64,000 nt of DNA from Glaucostegus cemiculus (taxonomy: Eukaryota), in assembly GCA_976551045.1 (NCBI GenBank), contig CDPCPM010000057.1:3100001-3164000 (forward strand), given 5' to 3'. Position numbers and translations under genes: made by a program. Position 1 is the stretch's first letter; each line of letters starts with the position of its first letter. The notes beneath the pieces are model-generated. The model did not search any database, was not told the DNA's origin, and saw nothing but the letters and a program-made list of their open reading frames with translations. This document shows, piece after piece, positions 38,900 to 51,897 of the stretch.

Positions 38900-41800
38900 C
38901 CGTACAATTTCCACTTGTTCCAATATTGGATCTGTGGCTACAGGTCTTGCAAGTACAGTGGATTGTGATATTCTTTCTTTGTTTAAGTTTGAACCAATGA
39001 AAGGAGTTTCCTGAGGAACAGTAGGCTGTATTTGTCCCATAATATGGAAGCTTTTAAGATGAAGAGTACTTTGTTTTAAAGTGGGGATTGCCATTCTTTC
39101 TTTATCCAAGAACTTAAAGTTTTGGGGGCCACCTTCTGGAATAGTGCCTCCTTCTTTGTTTACCCTTGGGAACATTGTTACTGCTTTTGCAGTAAGAATG
39201 GATGGTATGGTTATCTTGTTATCTAAATTCCCTGTATCCAAAGTAATAACTTGATTTCGAGGAAGGTGTGAATTTTTTAGATTAGTGATTGCGGGCTTTT
39301 TTGAAAATATGGGTTTTATGGTTTTAGATTCCATGGTCTCACTTTCAGCCACAGTGGTAGCTGGTTTTCCTTTATTCGGATTTTCCAAATACATGGTGCC
39401 GTGATCAGGAGGAATGCGTATTTTTTTGTTTGTGGAATATGAATCAACGGAACCACCTTTCTGAATGGTGGACATTGACATTCCTTCATCTTCAATTTTA
39501 GAATCTGTAGTCCCATCTCTAGGAACTGCAGGATTTGTTATTCTTTCCTTGTCCATGTTTGGGAGCAGAGTTACAGCTTTATTAGGATGAATGGTTTGTA
39601 TTGATTCTGCATAATCTGAGTTGTCAGGAACCAGAGTACTGTTTGGAGCAAAGGAATGCAAAATTTTAGAACTTATGTTTTTCGATCCTTCAGGATTAAT
39701 TGTTTTTGTTATTTCTTCTTCCTCCAAATATTTAGAATATGAGGAACCATCTTCATGAACTGTGAACATTGCCATTCCTCCTTTGGTGCCATCTTCAGTA
39801 ACAGAGGCTGTAGTTAACTCTTTGTCCAAGATATTATAATCTGTGAATTTAACTAGAGGAATGGAGGAAATTATTACCATGTTATCCAAGACTTTGGAAC
39901 TATCTTCAGGAGCAGAGTGTGCTGCTGTTCCTTTACCCAAGATTTTAGAATTTGTGGAGCTATCCCTGTTACTAGAAGAAGCTGTCACCCCGTTGTCTAA
40001 GATTTTAGACTCGATGGTTCTATAGTCAGTGACAGGATACACTACAGTTCCTTTATCTGAGAGTTTAGTATTTGAAAAACCATCGGTAGGAATAGAGTGC
40101 GCTGTCACTCCTTTATTCAAGGCTGTAGAATCTGTGGGACTACCTTTGTTAATGGAAGATGCTGTCACTCCTTTGCCCAAGGTTTTAGATTCTGTGGGAA
40201 CAGAGTTAGGAATGAAGGCTGTTGTCATTAATTTACGCAGTATTTTGGAATTTGTGATGCTGTCTGCAAGGACAAAGGGTGTTGTTATTCCTTTATCCAA
40301 GATTTTAGAACGTATAACCTTATCCACAGGAATAGCGGGCCCTGTCATCCTGTTAACCATTTTGGAATCTGTGGTCTCATCTTCAGAAATAGGAGGTGTT
40401 GTCGTTCTATTATGGAAGACTTTGTGAAAAGATGTTGTCATTCCTTTATCCAAGGTTTTATAATTGATGGATGCAAGCTCAGGAACAGAGGGAGTTGTCA
40501 TTCTGTTATCCAAGGTTGTGGAAAATGTGGAAATATTTTCAGTAACATTTGTAACAATAGAAGCATCTTCAGGAACAGTGGTTATTGTTCCTTTATTCAG
40601 CACATCAGGATTTATGGAAGATTCTTCTGGGATAATGTATGTTGTTATTCCTGTATCAAGGATTTTAGTTGCAATGGAAATATCTTCATGGACAGAATGC
40701 ATGGTCCCATCTTCAGAAACAAAAGATGTTATTATTTCTGTATCCAAGGATGTAGAATCTATGGAACTATCTTCATGACTGAGGGGTGCTGGCAATCCAT
40801 CGTCTAATACATGAGAATCTGTAATCCTATTATCAGGAAATAGAATGTAGGATGTTGTTGTTGTTGTATTGAAGATTTCTGAACCTAAGGAAGCATTTTC
40901 AAGAACAGAGGGAGTTATACCTTTATCCAAGATTTTAAAATCGGTGGAAACACCTTCAGGAACTGAGGACATTGTTGTTTGTTTGTCCAAGAGTTCTGAA
41001 CCTGTGGGATCCTTTTCAGAAATAGAGAATCTGGTGCTTTTATCCAATATATTAGAATCTGAGGAAGTTTCTTTTGGGATGATGTATGTTGTATCCAAGA
41101 TTTGCAAATCAGCAATTCCATCTTGAGGAAAAACTTTAAGCATGCCTTTAGAATCTCTTGTCACCTCTTTGGTAACAAGGGGAGATCCTGACATCTCTTT
41201 GTCCAAGATTTTAGAATCAGTAGTCTGCTTTTCAGGAACTGGGGACATTGTTATTCCTGTATGCATGATTTTAGGATCTGTAGATTCACGTACAGGAACA
41301 ATGGTTGATATTTTACCTTTATCCAAGATTGTAGAATCTGTGGGAGCTACTTTATGAACTGAGGGAACTATCGGTTGCTTGTTCAAGATTTTTGGATCAG
41401 TGGAAATATCTTGCGGAACAGTGGTTGTTATTCCTTCATCTAAGACTTTGGAATCCATGGTCCCACCTTCAGGAACAGACAAAGTTATCCCTGCATTATC
41501 CAAGATTTCTGAACCTGTGGAAGCATCTCCAGCAATAGTGGAAGTTCCCAGTTTATTACCCAAGACATTAGAATCTGTGATCCCAATTTCAGGGTAAGGG
41601 GCAGTTGTTATTCCTTTATTCATGGTCCCATTATCAGGAACAGAAGATGTTGTTAATCCTTTATCCAAGATTTTGGAATCCATGAATCCATTTTCAGGAT
41701 CAGTGGGAGTTGCTGTTCTGTTATCCATGTTTGCATCTTTGGGAAATGAGGATAATATTATTTGATGAAAGGTTTTAAATTCTGTGGTTTCACCTTCTGG

Positions 41801-44800
41801 AATTGAGGATGTGATGATTCTGTCATCCAAGGTTTTTGAATCTGTTAAAGCAACCACAGGAACAAAGGGAGTTGCTCTTCCATTAACTAATTTGCTAGAA
41901 CCCACGGAAGTCTCTTCAAGGAAAGTGTGTGTTGTCATTTCTGCCTCCAAGGTATTTATTTCTCTGGGAGCAAATTGTGGGATAAATGTTTTTTTAGTTG
42001 AGATTTTAGAAATATCCTCAGTAGCGGAGGGCCTTGTTATCCCATTGCTTAGAATTTTTGAATCCATAGCATTGTATTCATGAATAGTGGTTGTCACTTT
42101 ATCCAGAATTTTAGAATCATTGGTCCAACCTTCAGGAATGGAGAGTGTTGTCATTTCTGTGTCAAATATATTTGGAATTGTTGCAGCTGAGCCTGTTGTT
42201 ATTCTTGTGTCAGAAGTTTTAGGTTCTATGGAAGCAGCTATTGCAACAGAAGATAATGACATTTCTTTTTCAACGATGTCAGCTTCAGGAATAGTGTTTG
42301 TTGACATACTGTTATTCAGGATTTTAGAATATGTTGTCCTATCTTGAGGTACAGGTGGCATTGTTATTCCTTTCGCCAAGATTTTTGAATCAGTGGAATC
42401 ATCTTTGGGAACAGTTGTTGTCATTGTTTTATCCAAGATTTTAAAATTGGTGTTCACATCTGTAGTAACAGAAGAAGTTGACATTTTGTCATCCAAGATT
42501 TGAGAATTCTTAGAAACATCCTCAGTAACTAAAGGCATTGTCACATCATTGTTCTGGATTTCTGAATCCATAGAATCATCTTCAGGAGTATCAGTTGTTG
42601 GTACTTTATACTGGATTTTAGAACGATTACTGGTATCTTCAGGAGTGGAGAGACTTTCCATTCCTTTTTCCAATTTACCAGGATATAAGGAAGATTCTTC
42701 TGAGAGAATCTGTGTTGTATTTCCTCTATCCAACATTTTAAGTTCTATGGAAGCATTTTCTGTAATAAAAGCTGTAGTCTTTTCCTTTTCCAAGAATATG
42801 GAATCCATGGTACCATTTTCAGGAACAGTGTCAGTTGACATTACTTTATATGGGATTTTAGAAGACATTATTGTCTCTTGAAGAATAGGTGATGTTGTTA
42901 TTACTTTGACCACTACTTTAGAATTAGTGGAATCATCTTCAGGAACCGTGGTTATTATTCCTCTATTCAAGATGGTCCCATCATCAGAAACAGAAGGAGT
43001 AGTCCATGCATTATCTAGGATTTCAGAATAATTGGAAGCATCTCTAACAATAATGGGTGTTGACAATATTTTGCCCAAGGTATTAGAACTTGTTATATCA
43101 TCTTCAGTAAAAGGGGCGTTCATTATTCCTTTATTCACAGTCCCATTATCAGGAACAGAAGTTGTTGTTATTTCCTTATCTACAAGTTTAGAATCTAGGA
43201 ATCCATCTTCAGGATCAGTAGGAGCTGATGTTCTATTAGTCAAGAATGTGGATGCCGTATTTACATCTTCGGGAGATGGTGTCATTATTTGATGAAATGT
43301 TTTAGAATCTGTGATTTCACCTTCTGCAACAGAGGATGTGATGATTCTGTTATCTAAGGTCTGTGAATCTGTAGAAGCATCTGCAGGAACAAAGGACGTT
43401 GTCATTCCATTAATCAGTGTATTAGAACTTCCAGAAGCCTTATCAAAGGCTGTGTGTGTTGTCAATCGTGTCTCAAAGATTTTAGCTTCCATGGAAGCAT
43501 CTTCTCTGGTAAAGGCTGAAGTCATTGTCTTACCCAAGATTTTAGAATCTGTGGTCACAGCTGCAGGAACAGAAGAAGCTGTCATTTTGTTATCCAAGAT
43601 TTTAGAACCCGTGGAAATGTCCTCAATAACTGAGGACATCTTATTCCCATTATTCCAGATATTTGAATCTACAGAATTGCCTTCAGGAACAATTGTTGTT
43701 ACTAGGTTAACCAGCATTTTGGAATCACCAGTCCTGTGTTCAGGAACAGAAAATGCTGTCATTCCTTTATCCAATGTAGTAGGAACAGGGGAAGCCTCTT
43801 CAGGGACGGTGGGTGTTGTCATTCCCCTGTCTGAGAATTTGGCTTCTATGGAAGCAACTTCTGTGTTAAAGGCTGCAGTGATTCCTTTATCCAAGAATAA
43901 AGAATCTGTGGTGTCATTTTCAGGAATTGTGTCTGTTGATATTATATTATCCAACATTTTAGAATATGTTATCCTATCTTGAGGAACAAGTGACATTGTT
44001 ATTCCTTTAACCAAAATTTTTGGATCAGTGGAATTTTCAGGAACTGTAGTTGTTATTGCTTTATCCAAGACTTTGGCATCCATGGTCCCATCTTCAGGAA
44101 CAGACAGAGTTATGTTTGCACTATGCAAGATCTCTGAGTCTGTGGAAGCATCTGCAATAATAGTGGGGGTTGCCAGTTTATTAGCAAGAATATTAGAATT
44201 TGTTATCCCACTTTCAGGAAAAGGCACAGTTGTTATTGCTTCACTCATGGTCCCATTATCAGGAACAGGAATTGTTGTTATTTCTTTATCTACAATTTTA
44301 GAATCTAGGAATCCATCCTCAGGATCAGTAGGAATTGCTGTTCTATTAGTCAAGAATGTGGATGCCGTATTTACATCTTTGGGAAATGATGCCATTATTG
44401 GATGAAATGTTTGAGAATCTGTGATTTCACCTTCTGCAACAGAGGATGTGATGATTCTGTTATCTAAGGTCTGTGAATATGTAGAAGCATCTGCAGGAAC
44501 AGAGGAAGTTATCATTTCATTAATCAGTGTATTTGAACTTGCAGATGCCTTATCAGAGACTGTGTGTGTTGTCAATCCTATCTCAAAGATTTTAGATTCC
44601 ATGGAAGCATCTTCTCTGGTAAAGGCTGAAGTCATTGTCTTACCCAAGAATTTAGAATCTGTGGTCACGGCTACAGGAACAGAGGAAGCTGTCATTTTGT
44701 TATCCAAGATTTTAGAACCTGTGGAAATGTCCTCAGTAACTGAGGACATCATATTCCCATTATCCCAGATTTTTGAATCCACAGAATTGCCTTCAGGAAT

Positions 44801-47800
44801 AATTGTTGTTACTAGGTTAACCAGCATTTTGGAATCATCAGTCCCGTGTTCAGGAACAGAAAATGCTGTCATTCCTTTATCCAATGTAGTAGGAACTGGG
44901 GAAGCCACTTCTGGGACACTGGGTGTTGTCATTCCCCTGTCTGAGAATTTGGCTTCTATGGAAGCAACTTCGATGTTAAAGGCTGCAGTGATTCCTTTAT
45001 CCGAGAATAAAGAATCTGTGGTGTCATTTTCAGGAATTGTGTCTGTTGATGTTATATTATCCAACATTTCAGAATATGTTAGACTATCTTGAGGAACAAG
45101 TGACATTGTTATTCCTTTAACCAAAATCTTTGGATCAGCAGAATTATCAGGAACTGTAGTTGTTATTCCTTTATCCAAGACTTTGGCATCCATGGTCCCA
45201 CCTTCAGGAGCAGACAGAGTTGTGTTCGCAATATCCAAGATCTCTAAGTCTGTGGAAGCATCTGCAATAATAGTTGGGGTTGCCAGTTTATTAGCAAGAA
45301 TATTAGAATTTGTTATCCCACTTTCAGGAAAAGGCACAGTTGTTATTCCTTCACTCATGGTCCCATTATCAGGAACAGAAGGTGTAGTTATTCCTTTGTC
45401 CAAGACGTTAGAATCGATGTGTTGATCTTTAGGATCAGTGGGAGTTGCTGTTCTATTGTCCATGTTTACATCTTCAGGAAACGAGGACGACATTGTTATT
45501 TGATGAAATGTTTTAGAATCTGTGATTTCACCTTCTGCAACAGAGGATGTGATGATTCTGTTATCTAAGGTCTGTGAATATGTAGAAGCATCTGCAGGAA
45601 CAGAGGAAGTTGTCATTCCATTAATCAGTGTATTAGAACTTCCAGGAGCCTTATCAGAGACTGTGTGTGTTGTCAACCCTGTCTCAAAGATTTTAGATTT
45701 CATGGAAGTATCTTCTCTGGTAAAGGCTGAAGTCATTGTCTTACCCAAGATTTTAGAATCTGTGGTCACTGCTACAGGAACAGAGGAAGCTGTCATTTTG
45801 TTATCCAAGATTTTAGAACCCGTGGAAATGTCCTCAGTAACTGAGGACATCGTATTCCCATTATTCCAGATTTTTGAATCCACAGAATTGCCTTCAGGAA
45901 CAATTGTTACAAGTTTAACTGGCATTTTGGAATCATCAGTTCTATGTTCAGGAACAGAAAATGCTGTCATTCCTTTATCCAATGTTGTAGGAACAGGGGA
46001 AGCCTCTTCTGGGACGGTGGGTGCTGTTATTCCCCTGTCTGAGAGTTTGGCTTCTATGGAAGCAACTTCTGTGATAAGGGCTGCAGTGATTCCTTTATCC
46101 AAGAATAAAGCATTTGTAGTGTCATTTTCAGGAATTGTGTCTGTTGATATATTGTTCAAGATTTTAGAATATGTTATCCTTTCTCGAGGAACAAGTGGCG
46201 TTGTTATTTCTTTAATCAAGATTTTTGGATCAGTGGCTCCATCTTCAGGAACTGTAGTTGTTATTTCTTTATCTAACATTTTAGAATCCATGGTCTCACC
46301 TTCAGGGACAGACAGAGTTGTCTTGGCTTTATCCAAGATTTCTGAATCTGTGGCAGCATCAGCAATAATAGTGAGAGTTGCTGTTTTATTATCCGTGTTT
46401 GCATTTTTGGGAAATAAGGACAATGACATTATTTGGTGAAATGTTTTCGAATCTGTGGTTTCAACTTCTGGAACAGAGGATGTGATGATTTTGTTACGCA
46501 AAGTTTTTGAATCTGTAGAAGTAACTACAGGAACAGAGGGAGTTGTTCTTCCATCAGCTAATTTGCTAGAACCCATGGAAACCTCTTCAAGGAAAGTGTG
46601 TGTTGTCATTTCTGCCTCCAAGACTTTTGTTTCCCTAGCAGTATCTTGTGGGATATAGGTTGCTGTCATAATTTTATCCAAGATATTAGATTCTGTGGTC
46701 ATATCAAATGGAATAGAGGAATTTACCATTTTGCCATCCAAGGTTTTAGAACTTGTAGAAATGTCCTCAGTAAATGAGGGCATTGTCACCCCATTGTTTT
46801 GGATTTTTGAATCCATAGAATCATCCTCTGGAATACTGGTTGCTACTTCTTTATCCAGTATTTTAGAATCATTGGTCTTATCTTCAGGAACAGAGAATGT
46901 TGTCATTTCTTTGTCAAATATACTTGGAAGTGAGGATGTTTCATCTGGGGCAATGCATGGTGTTATTCCTGTGTTTGAAGTTTTAAGTTCAGTGGAAACA
47001 ACTTCTGCATTTGACGCTGTTGGCATTCCTTTATCCGAAAACATAAAATCAGTGGTGCCATCTTCAGGAACAACATCTGTTGATATTATTTTGGAACCTG
47101 AGGAAATACTTCCGGTGATTGAGGGCATTGTTGCCCTGTTGCTCATAATTTCTGAATCCATGAAATCATTTTCAGGAACAGTGGTCATTTTCATTCCTTC
47201 ATCCAAGATTTTGGGTTCCGTGGACCCACTTTCAAAAACACTGGATGTTGTCATTAAGTTGTCTATGATTTTAGAATCCACCTTCCCATCTTGAAGAACA
47301 GAATGTGTAGTCATTCCTGCTTCCAAGAGTTTAGAATCTATGGAACTAACTTCATTAGAAAAGGGTGTTGTGAACCCTTCAGTTAAGACTTCAGAGTCCC
47401 TTGTCCCATCCTCAGGAACAGATAATGTTGTCAATACTGTATCTAGGATTTTAGAATCAGTGGTTTCATCTTTAGGAATAGATGATGGGCTGATCACAAT
47501 GTTGGTAATTTTAGAGTCTGCCATTCTATCAACAGTAACAGCAGACATTGTCGTTATTTTCAACATTTTTGAATCCATGATAGTAGCTTGAGGAACAGAA
47601 GGAGTTATCATTCTGTTATCCACAATTTTAGAATCTTTGGAATAATCTGCAGGAACAGAGGGAGTTGTAATTTTGTTAGAACTAATGGAAGGATCTTCAG
47701 CAACTGATTGCATTGTTATTCCATTGTTCAGGATTTTTGAGTCCATAGAATTATTTTCAGAAGCATTGGTGGTTGCTTTTTCCAGGATTTTAGAATGATT

Positions 47801-50800
47801 GGCTGTATCTTCAGGAGCAGAAAGTGTTGTCATTCCTTTATCCAATATACTAGGAACTGAGGAAGCCTCTTTTAAAGCAACGTGTGTTATTTGTGGATCT
47901 GTGGGTTTGGTTTCTCGGGAAGCAATGTCTGCAATAGGGCCTGTTGTCATCCCTTTATCCAAAAATACAGAATCCAGGGTGTCATCTAAAGGAACAGGTG
48001 ATGTTATTTCTTTAATCAAGAGTTTTGGATTTGTGGAAGCCACTTCAGTAAGAGTGGTTGTTTTTATTCCTTTATCCGTGATTTTAGGATATGTAAACCT
48101 ACCATCAGGATCACTGTATGTTGCTGTCCTGTTACTCAAGATTTTAGAATCCATGGTTCCACCGTCAGGAAAAGCTGATGTTGTCAATGTATTATGCAAG
48201 ATTTTGGAATCCTTGGTCCCTTCTTCAGGAAGAGGGGAAATTGTCATTGCTTTATCCAATATTTTTGAATCTGTGGAAGCAATTGCAGAAACCTTGAGTG
48301 TTCCCAATTTTTTATCCAAAAGTTTAGAATCTGTTACCTCATCCACAGAAAAAAGAGGAATTGTTATTCCTTTATCCATGATCCTATCCTTAGGAATAGA
48401 AGGTGTTGTTATTCCTTGATCTGAGAATTTAGATTTTGTGGAAGCATCTTCAGAAAAAGAGGATGTTATCATTACTGTTGACTGGATTTTTGAACTTATG
48501 GTCTCATCTGCTGGAACCGGGAGCATTGTTATTCCATTATCCAAGATTCCAGAATCAGTAGAAACATCTACATGAACAGAGAAAGTTGTCATTCCACTCT
48601 TGGATATATCAGGGTTTGTGGATGCTTCTTCATGGGCAGTGTGAATTTTCATGCCTGTGTCTAAGATTTTAGATTCTGTGGAATTATCCTGTGGGATAAA
48701 AGCTGTTGTCCTTCCTTTATCCAGAACTTTAGAAACTGCGGAGGTATCAGTGGGAATGGAGGGAGTCTTCGTTCTACTATCCAAGATTTTAGAACTCATG
48801 GAAACATCTTCAGTAATTGAGAGCATTGTCATCCCATCATTCGGGATTTTTGAATCTATGGAATCACTTGCACGAACAGTGGTTGCTATTCCTTTATCTA
48901 GGATTATAGATTCACTGGTCACATCTTTGGGAATGGAGCTTGTTGTCATTCCTTTGCTTAGTTTACCAGGATCTGAAGGAGGCCTTTCTGGGACAATGCG
49001 TGATGTCATTCCTGTGTCCAAGGTTTTAAAATCCACAATCCCATCTTGAGGAATTGTTTTAGAATTTGTCCTCTCAGTTTCAGGAACTTTGGACCACGAC
49101 ATTAATTTATGCAGCATTCTCGAATCTGTTCTCATTTCTCCTGGAGTAGGAGTGGTTGACATTCCTTTATATAAGATTTCAGATTCCATGATCCCATTTT
49201 CAGGAACAGAATGAGTTGTCATTTCAGTATCCAAGATCTTTAAATCGATGGAAGCATTTTCAGAAAATTGTGTTGGAAATTTCTGATCCAAGATTTTGGA
49301 ATATGTGATCCTATCTTCAGGAAAAGGGGAAGTTGTTATCATTTGATACAGGATTTCAGAATTAGTCGCATCATCTGTCATAACAGGGAATGATGTAATT
49401 CCATTATTAGACATCCTTGAATTTGTAGAAGCATCTACAGGAACAAAGGAAGTTGTCATTCTATTATCCAATATATTAGAACCCATGGAAGCCTCTTCAG
49501 AGACAGTGTGTGTTGGCATTCCTGTGTCCAGGATGTTATAATCCATTAACTCACCTTTAGGAACACTAGAGGCTGTTGCTCTGCTAACCAAGGCTTTAGA
49601 ATACATATTCCCACCATCAAGAACAGAAGATGTGGTCATTCTTGTATTGGAGATTTTAGCATCTGTGAAACTATCTTTATCAGCATAATGTGTTGTCAAT
49701 CCTTCATCAAAACTTTTCACATCCCTGGTCCCATCCTCAGGAACAGAGGGTGTCATCACTACTTTATCCAAGGTTTCAGGATCCCTAGTCCTATCCTCAG
49801 ATAATGGGGAAGATGTCATTATTTTATGCAAGATTTTAGATGCTGTGGTCTGACCTTCCGGAACAGAGAGCAATGTCATTCCCTTATCCGAGATTCTAGC
49901 ATACGTAGAGGCAGCTGCAGGAAGAGCAGAAGGTGTCGTTCCACTCTCCAGTATTCTAGGACCAACAGTAACCTCCTCAGGGTCAATGTTTGTTGTCATT
50001 CCCCTGTCCAAGATTTCAGAATGTGTGGAAGCATCTTGTGGGATAAAGGATGTTGTCATTCCTTTATCCATGATTTCAGAATTTGTGGAATAATCTGCAG
50101 GAACAGAGGGAGCTGTCATTTCATTATCTAGGGGTTTAGAACTATTAGAAACATCTTCACTAACTGAGGGCACTTTTGTGCCATGGTTTGGGATTTTTGA
50201 ATTGAGGGAATCACTTTCAGGAACAGTGGTTGTCACTTCCTTACTCAGGATTTTAGAATCAGGAGTGGGGAGTATTGTCATTCTTCCAGGAACTGAGTAA
50301 GCCTCTGCTGTGGCAGCATGTGTAGTGATTTTAGGTTCTGTGGAAGCAACTTTATCGCAAGAGGCTGTGGTCATTCTTTTATCAAAAAGCATAGAACCTG
50401 TGGTCCCATTTTCAGGAATAACTGATTTTGTTATTCCCTGACCCAAGATATTTGAATTTATGGATGCATCATCAGGAAGAGTGGTTGTTTTCATTATTTC
50501 ACCCAATGTTTTACGATCTGTGGATCTACCTTCAGAACCACTTAACATTGTCATTATGTTCTCCCAAGTTTTAGAACGCAACTTCCCATCTTCAAGTACA
50601 GAAGATGTGGTCATTTCTTTATCCAAGTGTTCAGAATCTCTGAAACTATCTGCATTAGCAAAGGGTGTTGTCAACCTTTCTCCTAAGATTGTAATATGCT
50701 CGGTCCCATTCTCAGGAACAGAAGGTGTTATCATTATATTACCTAGGATTTTAGAATCCCTGGTCCTATCCTCAGGGATAGAGGTTGTTGCCACTACTTT

Positions 50801-51897
50801 AGCCAAGATTTCAGGATTGCTAGTCCTATCCTCAGGAAATGGGGAAGATGTCAGTATTTTATGCAAGATTTTAGATGCTATGATCTCACCTACCGGAACA
50901 GAGAGAGATGTCATTCCCTTATCCGAGATTCTAGCATATGTAGAAGCAGCTGCAGGAAGAGCAGAAGGTGTCAATCCACTCTCCAGTATTCTAGGACCAA
51001 CGGTAACCTCCTCAGGGTCAGTGTTTGTTGTCATTTCCCTGTCCAAGATTTCAGAATGTGTGGAAGCATCTTGTAGGATAAAGGATGTTGTCATTCCTTT
51101 GTCCATGATTTCAGAATTTGTGGAATAATCTGCAGGAACAGAGGGAGTTGTCATTCCATTATCTAGAGGTTTAGAACTATTGGAAACATCTTCACTAACT
51201 GGGAGTTCTGTTATCCTATTGTTTGGAGTTTTTGAATTGAGGGAATCACTTTCAGGAACAGTTGTTATTTCTTTATCTAGGGTTTTAGAACCATTGGACC
51301 TGTCTTCAGGAATGGGAAATGTTGTCATTCCTTTTTCCACGAAATCAAGAACTGAGGAAGCCTTTTCTGGGGTAGTGTGTGTTGTTATTTGTGTGTCTGA
51401 GATTTTAGGTTCTGTGGAAGTAACTTCTGCACTCGAGGGTGTAGTCGTTCCTTTATGCAAAGACACAGAATCTGAGGTTCCATCTTCAGGAACAGCTGTT
51501 GTTGTCATTTGTTTATACAGAATTTTTGAATTTGGGGCAGTATCCTCTGGAACAGTAGTTGTTTTCATTCCTTTATCCAGGATTTTGGGATTTGTGGATC
51601 TATCTTCAGGAACATCGTATGTTGTCATTCTGTTATCCAAGGTTTTAGGATCCATGGTCCCATCTTCAGGAACAGCAGATGTTGTCATGGTTTTCACCAA
51701 TATTTTAGAATCAACGGTCCTATCTTCTGAAACAGAAGGTGTTGTCATTCCATTATCCAAGGTTTTAGAGTCCATGGAAGTATCTGCAGGAGAACTAGTT
51801 ATTATTTTATCCAAGATTTTAGAATAATCTTTTCCAATTTCAAATCTGATGGGATTTATGATGGTTGATCCTTCAATTGCTTTAGCACTTCCATTTT
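38900..51897 (-). CDS. PRG4: PRG4 giant single mucin-like exon (12,998 nt, about 4,332 codons)
   Basis: Uninterrupted ORF (ORF track 38888-51814, extendable in frame to a ttttacag| acceptor at 51897). Phase-0 donor cgg|gtaaat at 38900. Ser/Thr-rich. Lies between the SMB and hemopexin exons, where the PRG4 mucin exon belongs. Confidence 0.9.
39400..51830 (-). repeat. Coding tandem repeat, 60-bp / 20-aa degenerate monomer, roughly 200 copies, with higher-order units
   Basis: Consecutive units such as DSKTLDNGMTTPSVSEDRTV, DSKILVKTMTTSAVPEDGTM, DPKTLDNRMTTYDVPEDRST. The + strand repeats tcaggaacag...gttgtcattcctttatccaagattttagaatc. Copy number is estimated as length divided by 60. Confidence 0.9.

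Noticed and set aside
38888-51814. The 4308-aa ORF as a stand-alone intronless gene
   Set aside because: It starts at TTG, extends in frame to a good splice acceptor at 51897, and is flanked in phase by the SMB and hemopexin exons of PRG4.
39843-51827. Many long + strand ORFs (up to 305 aa, Val/Ile/Leu/Ser-rich) over the mucin array
   Set aside because: They are antisense shadows of the repetitive PRG4 exon, with periodic stops and no splice or domain support.
39400-51830. Regular ~60-bp periodicity as a CRISPR-like array
   Set aside because: Eukaryotic context, degenerate units with no constant-repeat/unique-spacer pattern, and frame-preserving coding variation.
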